From NCBI GenBank assembly GCA_964547945.1, contig CAZJPL010000001.1, forward strand, positions 345 to 64,344: a stretch of 64,000 bases of DNA, in the 5' to 3' direction. The notes under the pieces are model-generated. The model was not told the origin of the DNA. It searched no databases and saw only the letters and a list, made by a program, of their open reading frames with translations. Of the stretch, positions 57,578-64,000 are shown piece after piece (the stretch's first letter is position 1; each line of letters opens with the position of its first letter). A program made the translations under genes and the position numbers. The DNA comes from an uncultured Anaeroplasmataceae bacterium (GTDB lineage: Bacteria; Bacillota_I; Bacilli_A; Acholeplasmatales; Anaeroplasmataceae).

Positions 57578-58886
57578 ATTTCTCTTTAGATATTACAAAT
57601 GATACTCCACCTTGTGGTTCATTAAAAATTTTTAATGTTAAGTCAAAGAAATCTAAAGTTTTCTTAACTATACTCATACCTAAACCAAACTCACCTTTAG
57701 AACCTTTTTCATATGGTTTAAAATTAGAATTTAAGAATTTTTCTTCTATTGGTTCACCATCATTATAAATAGTAAGTTTGTTTTCTTTAGTTTCAATATA
57801 AATAACACTTTTAGCATATCTTAAAGCATTATCAATAATATTTTCTATTACTGTAATATAATTTTCTTTATAGCCTTGGAATACACAAGGTTCTAATTTT
57901 AAATCGAATTTAATTGTTGTTTTAACTTTATGTAATTGTACTATATCTTTACATAAAACATCTATTTCAACATCTTCAAATGGTCTATCTTTAGTTAAAT
58001 ATTCTAATTTATTATATTCTAATAATTGACTAACTTTATCCTTTAAGATATCCGTTTGTTTACTTATAACAATAGCCTCTTTAGGATCTATTACATTATC
58101 AATTATAGCTTCAGCGTAATTCTTAATAACTGAAATAGGAGTTTTAAAGTCATGACTTACATTTTGCAACATTTCACGTTTAGTAGTTTCAGAATTTTTA
58201 ATTTCTTCTCTCATAATCTCTATCGACTCAGATAACTCTCTAATCTCGTCATCCCCGTCATCTAGATATTCTACTTCATACTTTTCTTTATTCATATTAG
58301 AGATATGATCTTGTAATTTTCTTAATCTCTTAGTTAATCTATATACCCAAATAGTCATAATAACAGCTAGTAATAATAAAACTATGACAACTACTAAAAT
58401 TATACTTAAAAATATTCTTCTAATAAAATAATCATTATATGTATTATCTACTAAAACTATTATAAAGTTACCAGTATCTAAATCTATATCATAAGAATAA
58501 TAAATAGTTTCCCCTAATTCCGTTTCATATTCACCATCTGCTTCATCTACCATTTTAAGAAGATTAATTATATCTGTTTCAGATAATTCTATAGATTCTA
58601 TACTTTGATATGTTATAGTAATTTGATTTTTATCATAATAACCTTGAATAACACCAAAGTTTTCCATATTAGAATTTGTTAAATTTATTTGAACTCCTTG
58701 TTTCCATTCAAATGAAGTTAAATTGATATAATTTTGGAGACGGTAATAAGTTTCCTCTGTTCCTAAAACATTTAAAGAATAACTTGTTGTTATGGCCATG
58801 AAGGAAAATAATATAATTACACAAGAAAAGAATAACAAAAACATCTTAGATGTTATGCTTCTTTTTAATTTATTAGTTTTTACCAT
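57576..58886 (-). CDS. sensor histidine kinase
   Basis: Two TM segments flanking an extracellular domain; H-box SHDFKTPIS; N/G boxes near the C-terminus. Confidence 0.88.
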   Translation of the reverse strand: MVKTNKLKRSITSKMFLLFFSCVIILFSFMAITTSYSLNVLGTEETYYRLQNYINLTSFEWKQGVQINLTNSNMENFGVIQGYYDKNQITITYQSIESIELSETDIINLLKMVDEADGEYETELGETIYYSYDIDLDTGNFIIVLVDNTYNDYFIRRIFLSIILVVVIVLLLLAVIMTIWVYRLTKRLRKLQDHISNMNKEKYEVEYLDDGDDEIRELSESIEIMREEIKNSETTKREMLQNVSHDFKTPISVIKNYAEAIIDNVIDPKEAIVISKQTDILKDKVSQLLEYNKLEYLTKDRPFEDVEIDVLCKDIVQLHKVKTTIKFDLKLEPCVFQGYKENYITVIENIIDNALRYAKSVIYIETKENKLTIYNDGEPIEEKFLNSNFKPYEKGSKGEFGLGMSIVKKTLDFFDLTLKIFNEPQGGVSFVISKEK

Positions 58887-59554
58887 AATAAGCGATAACC
58901 ATAACCATAAATAGTTTCAACATTAATTTTAGGCATTTTAGCTCTTAATCTTCTTAATAAATCATCAACTACTCTATCAGAACCAAAATATTCATTGCCC
59001 CAAACATGTTCAATTATTTGTTCTCTAGATAAAGCTTTATTTTTATTATTTATTAAAAAACATAATAAATCATATTCTTTAGATGTTAATACTACAACAT
59101 CATCACCTTCAGCAAATACTCTTCTTTTTTCTAAATCTATTTCATAATCTTCATATTTAATTATATTAGTAGAACGATCATGATAACATCTTTCAAGTAT
59201 TTTCTTAACTCTTAACATTAATTCTCTCATGTTATATGGTTTAGATAAGTAATCATCAGAACCTAATTCTAAACCCATAATCTTATCAATATCTTGATCT
59301 CTAGCTGATGTAAATATTACAGGAACATCTGCATTTACATCTTTTATTTTTCTTATTAAATCATATCCTGATACCTCACCAGGTAACATGATATCTAATA
59401 TCCATAAATGAAAATCTTCTTCAGCATTATCAAGTGATTCTATAGCTTCTTCACCACTACTAAATATTTTATATTTATATCCTTCTGTTTCTAAATATTT
59501 AGTTATTAAGTTTGCTAAATTTTGTTCATCTTCTACAATAGCTATATAATACAT
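58880..59554 (-). CDS. OmpR/PhoB-family response regulator
   Basis: Receiver domain (D at LDIMLPG, K in SKPY) plus a winged-helix C-terminus (...IYGYGYRL). Confidence 0.93.
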   Translation of the reverse strand: MYYIAIVEDEQNLANLITKYLETEGYKYKIFSSGEEAIESLDNAEEDFHLWILDIMLPGEVSGYDLIRKIKDVNADVPVIFTSARDQDIDKIMGLELGSDDYLSKPYNMRELMLRVKKILERCYHDRSTNIIKYEDYEIDLEKRRVFAEGDDVVVLTSKEYDLLCFLINNKNKALSREQIIEHVWGNEYFGSDRVVDDLLRRLRAKMPKINVETIYGYGYRLLW

Positions 59555-59599
59555 AAGACCTCCTTATATCGCTTTTTTATCTATATTATACTCTATAAT

Positions 59600-59735
59600 A
59601 GTGATAAAGGACAACTTAAAAAGTTGTCCTTTATCTGGGAGAGTTATAGTTTGCTTATGAAAAAGATATCTATCATTATATTAAGGGAGAGTGATAGATA
59701 ATGTAATCTAACCGATTACAACACGTATTCTAACA
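59600..59735 (-). ncRNA. candidate small RNA or structured rpoE 3' UTR with two CUCUCCC motifs
   Basis: Extended -10 TGTTAGAAT (59727-59735). Hairpins TGTAATC/GATTACA and ATCTATCA/TGATAGAT; the loop of the second carries CTCTCCC. A second CTCTCCC is single-stranded, then a 12-bp terminator stem (59606-59632). Confidence 0.3.
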
Positions 59736-59784
59736 TATAAATTACGCTAAATTATGGGATTTTTGTGGGAAATTATGTAAAAAT

Positions 59785-60300
59785 TTAATTATCGTCATAC
59801 ATGTCTTCGAAATCATCCATGTAATCATTATACTTGTCTTCATCGAAGTCATCATCTTCTTCATGATAAGAACCAATTAATTCCTCATCACTATCTTCTA
59901 TATCATCGTCTTCTTCGTAATCTTCTTCATTATCATAATCGATATCATATACATCATATTCATCTGAAGATTCAGTATCTTCTTCAAGATCTTCTTCAAA
60001 TTTAAGACCTTCGTAATCTTCTTCAACTTCATCTTCAGTACTATTATATTCAGCACCATCACGATCAAATAATTCTAATGATTGTCTTTCTTTTAAGTCC
60101 CATTCTTCATCGCCTAAATAAACAAATAAAGAGCTAGTTGTTATATCTAAATATAATTGCGTTTTATAATCAATATCTTCAGTAGATATTGATTTTGCAG
60201 CTAAGGTTTGATTCATTAAATCTTGGATTTTCATCTTACCTTGTTCTTTTAAAATAGCAACCGCAATATCTAACATTGACAAGTTTTGGTAATTTTGCAT
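59785..60300 (-). CDS. rpoE: DNA-directed RNA polymerase subunit delta
   Basis: N-terminal HARE-HTH-like domain (SMLDIAVAILKE...) followed by a long D/E-rich tail. Confidence 0.88.
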   Translation of the reverse strand: MQNYQNLSMLDIAVAILKEQGKMKIQDLMNQTLAAKSISTEDIDYKTQLYLDITTSSLFVYLGDEEWDLKERQSLELFDRDGAEYNSTEDEVEEDYEGLKFEEDLEEDTESSDEYDVYDIDYDNEEDYEEDDDIEDSDEELIGSYHEEDDDFDEDKYNDYMDDFEDMYDDN

Positions 60301-60328
60301 TATTATCCCTCCGATAATCTATGGTATT

Positions 60329-60682
60329 TTACTCCTTTTTACTTAATTTATCAAGAAAATTTATATAAATTTTATGTTTAGATATCTCTTCATTATCTAA
60401 ATATAATATATATTTTATATATATTCTCTTATCATCTATAACTAGTTTTTCAGTATATATATTAAAATTATAAATTATCTTATATTCATCTTCTAATATA
60501 GCACTAGTTTTAGTATTTATTATAAAATTAAGTTCCTGTTTTATATCTTTCCTGATACATTTAATACCATTATCAATAATAAATATTAGTTTATCAGTAA
60601 TTATTTTATTATCTTCTTTTATATACTCTAATATTTCTTTATTAATTATATCATCTACTACACTAGTAAACTCTAATTTCAT
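60329..60682 (-). CDS. hypothetical protein
   Basis: 117-aa ORF with a 4-nt overlap with the recR stop; I/K/N-rich, no motif recognised. Confidence 0.45.
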   Translation of the reverse strand: MKLEFTSVVDDIINKEILEYIKEDNKIITDKLIFIIDNGIKCIRKDIKQELNFIINTKTSAILEDEYKIIYNFNIYTEKLVIDDKRIYIKYILYLDNEEISKHKIYINFLDKLSKKE

Positions 60683-61287
60683 TTATATTCTCTTCTACCT
60701 TCTAAAGCTCTAGATAAGGTCATTTGATCAGCATACAATAAATCACTACCTACAGGAAGTCCATAAGCTATTCTAGATATTTTAATATCTTTAATACTAT
60801 TAATTAATTCTCTTAGATATTTAGCTGTAGTTTCTCCTTCTAAAGTGGCGTTTGTGGCTAAAATAACTTCAGATATATCTTCTTGTTCTATTCTTTTTAA
60901 TAAATTATCTATATTTAAATCTTTAGCACTTATTCCTCTTGAGAAAGAAATAGATCCACCAAGTACATGATATAATCCTTGATATTCATTTAATTTTTCA
61001 ATACTTAAGACATCTCTAACTGATTCAACTACTAAAATAACTTTTTTATCTCTTTGTTCATCTGAACAAATAGAACAGGTATCAGTCTCAGATATATTAC
61101 CACATATGTTGCAATGTCTTACATTCTTTTTAACTTCCTCTAAGTTATGTGTAAATTCTTCAACATCTTCTATTTTCATATTATCTAGCACATAGAAAGC
61201 TAAACGTTCAGCACTCTTTCTTCCTATACCTGGTAATAAAGAAAAAGATTCAATTAGATTTAATACACTTTGAGGATATTTAATCAT
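60679..61287 (-). CDS. recR: recombination protein RecR
   Basis: LPGIGRKSAERLAF, C4 zinc finger CNICG...CSIC, Toprim domain. Confidence 0.96.
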   Translation of the reverse strand: MIKYPQSVLNLIESFSLLPGIGRKSAERLAFYVLDNMKIEDVEEFTHNLEEVKKNVRHCNICGNISETDTCSICSDEQRDKKVILVVESVRDVLSIEKLNEYQGLYHVLGGSISFSRGISAKDLNIDNLLKRIEQEDISEVILATNATLEGETTAKYLRELINSIKDIKISRIAYGLPVGSDLLYADQMTLSRALEGRREYK

Positions 61288-61586
61288 TATAATACGCCAC
61301 CAAGCATGCTAGCATAAGGACCCATTAATTTAGCTGTGGCATCCTCAATTTGTTTATTTGCATCATTATATGCAGCTACTAAAGCATCTTCAATCATTTC
61401 GATATCATCTTGAGATTCAAAAGATTCTCTATCAATAGTAACTTTTACTACTTCATGAGATCCTTTTACTTCTACTTCACAAATACCACCAGATTTACCA
61501 ACAAATACTGTTTCTTGAATTCTTTGTTGACCTTCTTGTAGTTCTTTTTGCATTTGTTTAATTTTTTTCATCATCATTGGATTCAT
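61287..61586 (-). CDS. ybaB: YbaB/EbfC family nucleoid-associated protein
   Basis: 99 aa, ...MQKELQEGQQRIQ...VEVKGSHEVVKVTID...; dnaX-ybaB-recR synteny. Confidence 0.93.
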   Translation of the reverse strand: MNPMMMKKIKQMQKELQEGQQRIQETVFVGKSGGICEVEVKGSHEVVKVTIDRESFESQDDIEMIEDALVAAYNDANKQIEDATAKLMGPYASMLGGVL

Positions 61587-61590
61587 AGTT

Positions 61591-63297
61591 TTACTCCTTA
61601 ATTTCTAATTTGTCTCCAAAAACTTCAGTTAGTTTTTCTATTAGAGGATTTTTTTCATTCTCTTTTTTAACTGGTTTTTTAACATTAATTATTATATTGT
61701 TTAAAATTGGTTTTTCAATACCAGATTCATATTTTTGTTTAAAATCAGCTGTTATACTCTTCCATATTTTTTGAGGTATTGCATATATATCTTCTATAGT
61801 AGGTATTTGTTTCTTTATTATTTCTTGAAGTTGAATATAATTTTCATACTTCATAACTCTATTACAAAATCCTTCATCTTGTAAGGTAAAGATAATAGCT
61901 TTTTCAGATACAGCTGATATCTTGCCATGTTGTAAGATAGATATAGCTAAAATATCTTGATATTTAGCGATTAAAAGTGGCCATTCTTTTTGAAATTTTT
62001 CTCTTGTTTCTTTAGATGCGTTATTTAATACATCATTTATTTCTTCAATAGTAATATTTAAAGAATTATCTTGTTCTATTTTCTTTAAAGTTTCTACTTT
62101 AGTAGGTATAACCTTAATTTCTTCTCTAATTGGAGTTTTAGCCAATTCAGCCTGAATACTTGTAATAGTAGCTTCTAAATATTTTATTTGATCTAATATA
62201 CTATTTTCTTTTTGAGTTTTACTATCACACATCTTTAAGATACATAAATCTAGATACGATCTTTTTTGATTAGAAAATTTCATTTGATTAATACAATTAT
62301 TAATTAATTCTAGCCAAGAAAATATTAAACTTTTACCTAGATTTTCAACTAATTTTTTAAAATTATCTTGTTTAAATATTTTTTTATTAGTGTCAAATAT
62401 GCCACTTTTATAAAGTAAGATATCTCTTAAAAATATCATTAAATCTTCAGCTATCTTATCATATTCTTTGCCATCATTATATAGTTTAGATATGAAATCT
62501 ATAGCTTTTTCTGATTCATTATTATAAACATATTCAAGTAAGGTAAACAAATCTGTATTAGATACATTACCTGATACTTCATATACATCATTTAAACTTA
62601 TTTCGTTATTTGGAACATATGATATAACTTGATCAAGTAAAGATAAAGCGTCACGCATACCACCTTCAGCTAAATTAGTTATTTCTTCTATAGCTTCTTC
62701 TGAGATAGTTATATTTTCTTCTTTAACTACTTCTTTTAATCTATTAAAAATACCTTCTTCTGAGATGGCTTTAAAATCAAATCTTTGACAACGAGAAAGT
62801 ATAGTTTCAGGTATTTTATAAGGTTCTGTAGTACATAAAATAAATACTACATATTTAGGTGGTTCTTCTAAAGTTTTAAGTAAAGCATTGAAAGCAGCAT
62901 TACTTAGCATATGAACCTCATCTATAATATATACCTTATATTTAGACATAGATGGCATAAACTTAACACTATCTCTTAAAGCTCTTATATCATCAGCACC
63001 ATTATTAGATGCCGCATCTATCTCTATTACATCAGGATTCGTTCCTTGTAAGATACTTTTACAAAGTTCACATTCTTGACAAGGTGTTATAGTTGGACCA
63101 TTTTCACAATTTAAGGCTTTAGCAAATATCTTAGCTAAAGTAGTTTTACCAGTACCTCTAGGACCACAAAACAAATAAGCATGGGCTACTTTATTATTTA
63201 AAATGGCGTTTTCAAGTGTTTTAACCACAGCTTTTTGATCTACAACTTCACTAAATAGTTGTGGTCTATACGCCCTATATAAAGCTACATATGCCAT
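61591..63297 (-). CDS. dnaX: DNA polymerase III subunit gamma/tau
   Basis: GPRGTGKTT, zinc module CQECELC, IIDEVHMLS, SRCQRF. Confidence 0.95.
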   Translation of the reverse strand: MAYVALYRAYRPQLFSEVVDQKAVVKTLENAILNNKVAHAYLFCGPRGTGKTTLAKIFAKALNCENGPTITPCQECELCKSILQGTNPDVIEIDAASNNGADDIRALRDSVKFMPSMSKYKVYIIDEVHMLSNAAFNALLKTLEEPPKYVVFILCTTEPYKIPETILSRCQRFDFKAISEEGIFNRLKEVVKEENITISEEAIEEITNLAEGGMRDALSLLDQVISYVPNNEISLNDVYEVSGNVSNTDLFTLLEYVYNNESEKAIDFISKLYNDGKEYDKIAEDLMIFLRDILLYKSGIFDTNKKIFKQDNFKKLVENLGKSLIFSWLELINNCINQMKFSNQKRSYLDLCILKMCDSKTQKENSILDQIKYLEATITSIQAELAKTPIREEIKVIPTKVETLKKIEQDNSLNITIEEINDVLNNASKETREKFQKEWPLLIAKYQDILAISILQHGKISAVSEKAIIFTLQDEGFCNRVMKYENYIQLQEIIKKQIPTIEDIYAIPQKIWKSITADFKQKYESGIEKPILNNIIINVKKPVKKENEKNPLIEKLTEVFGDKLEIKE

Positions 63298-63312
63298 TAA
63301 AGTATCACCTCG

Positions 63313-64000
63313 TTACACTAATGCATAATTATATCTAACCCCATTTTCATCTATTCTTGAATAGAATACTAAATAAACATCTGGGCTAGCCATTATATCT
63401 AAAACAGTGGTTGCTACACCATCATAATTTAAATTAACACCTACATATTCATAAGCTACCTTTATTAAATCAGAACAATATCTAGTATTTTTTTGATTAA
63501 ATATAAAGGTATAATTATATGATTGACCATAATAGCTCATTGCATTAATAAATGCTTTAAATCTATTTTCGGCACTTGTTTTAACTCTATATACAAAAAA
63601 TTCAGGATAATGAGTAGTAAAATAACTATAAGAACTTCTTTTAGTAGATGTAATATCACTACCTACACCTGTTATTTCAAAAGTATTAGATTCATTAAAA
63701 GATACTTCAGTAGAATAATAATCATAACCTAATAAGGCAGCATGTCCTCCAACATAAAAACTAATTCCTTGTTGGATAAAAGGTATTTCAATATCAGATG
63801 TTCTAGTTAAGATTATATCTCCAGGAGCCCCTGCTACCATTCTATTATTGTAATAATGATAACTTGGAGCATCTAATTCTATATCTGATTTTACTTCATA
63901 ATATTTAATTTGAGATGTACTTTCGCTTTCTATTAAAGTAGCTTTACTAATAAAATCTTGTAATGTAAGCTCTATTTTTATATGTTCTTCTACTGATCCA
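63313..64000 (-). CDS. YiiX/C92-like permuted papain-fold protein (partial; reading frame stays open to the window edge)
   Basis: GDIILTRTSD..., ...HAALL..., RYCSDLIKVAYE resemble the YiiX (DUF830) family. The frame upstream of the ATG at 63840 has no stop up to 64000. Confidence 0.5.
   Translation of the reverse strand, partial: GSVEEHIKIELTLQDFISKATLIESESTSQIKYYEVKSDIELDAPSYHYYNNRMVAGAPGDIILTRTSDIEIPFIQQGISFYVGGHAALLGYDYYSTEVSFNESNTFEITGVGSDITSTKRSSYSYFTTHYPEFFVYRVKTSAENRFKAFINAMSYYGQSYNYTFIFNQKNTRYCSDLIKVAYEYVGVNLNYDGVATTVLDIMASPDVYLVFYSRIDENGVRYNYALV

Noticed and set aside
61591-63297. Programmed -1 frameshift site in dnaX (as in E. coli).
   Set aside because: The A-rich runs present (CAAAAAAGA near 62265, GTTAAAAAAGAG near 61670) are not in the A_AAA_AAG frame, and no downstream stem-loop was evident.
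1517-63732. Short ORFs from the six-frame track that lie antisense to the long genes: plus-strand ORFs at 1517-1708, 4816-5124, 10955-11215, 11287-11514, 19393-19662, 19908-20093, 20788-21021, 31759-32130, 35719-35982, 37873-38127, 39818-40060, 43543-43767, 43662-43916, 44740-45009, 46124-46318, 53592-53840 and 63523-63732, and the minus-strand ORF 57173-57433 inside pduL.
   Set aside because: All lie antisense within well-supported genes or span their ends. They have low-complexity I/F/S/L-rich translations typical of AT-rich antisense frames, and have no SD sequences or recognisable motifs.

Overview
AT-rich (about 70% A+T by eye), lipoprotein-rich chromosomal segment from a small-genome Bacillota/Mollicutes-like bacterium; the taxon is inference only. 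The standard code applies: TGA is a real stop, because mnmE ends on its conserved ...FCLGK C-terminus with TGA. There are about 55 genes, and all but five (plus two tiny candidate ORFs) are on the minus strand. The backbone is classic Firmicute synteny: dnaX-ybaB-recR, rpoE, rnmV-ksgA(::ispE)-prs-pth-mfd, purA, pfl, ung-trmFO-xerC, cls, uppP, asnS with an Asn T-box leader, mnmE, yebC, rpmE, tdk-tadA and one tRNA-Gln(UUG). Unusual content: (1) A same-strand block at 11.8-25.5 kb joins a sugar-type (CUT1) ABC importer to SNase, OB-array and endonuclease-I lipoproteins, a membrane-anchored MBL hydrolase and two NrnA-like DHH phosphoesterases. This is my best candidate for an undescribed system, for extracellular nucleic-acid harvesting and import. 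(2) Pyruvate formate-lyase is split by one in-frame TAG into a core and a GrcA-like glycyl-radical module with its own SD. (3) Two gene fusions, KsgA::IspE and TadA::GNAT. (4) AbiEi/AbiEii, an orphan DinJ antitoxin, a frameshifted AlbA_2/Schlafen-like gene next to tRNA-Gln, and a DUF4143 AAA ATPase. (5) An intact ISAs1-family IS with a 9-bp target duplication. (6) Several unexplained non-coding repeats and sRNA-like modules. I saw no rRNA, CRISPR array or prophage. All homology calls come from motif recognition by eye, not from searches.
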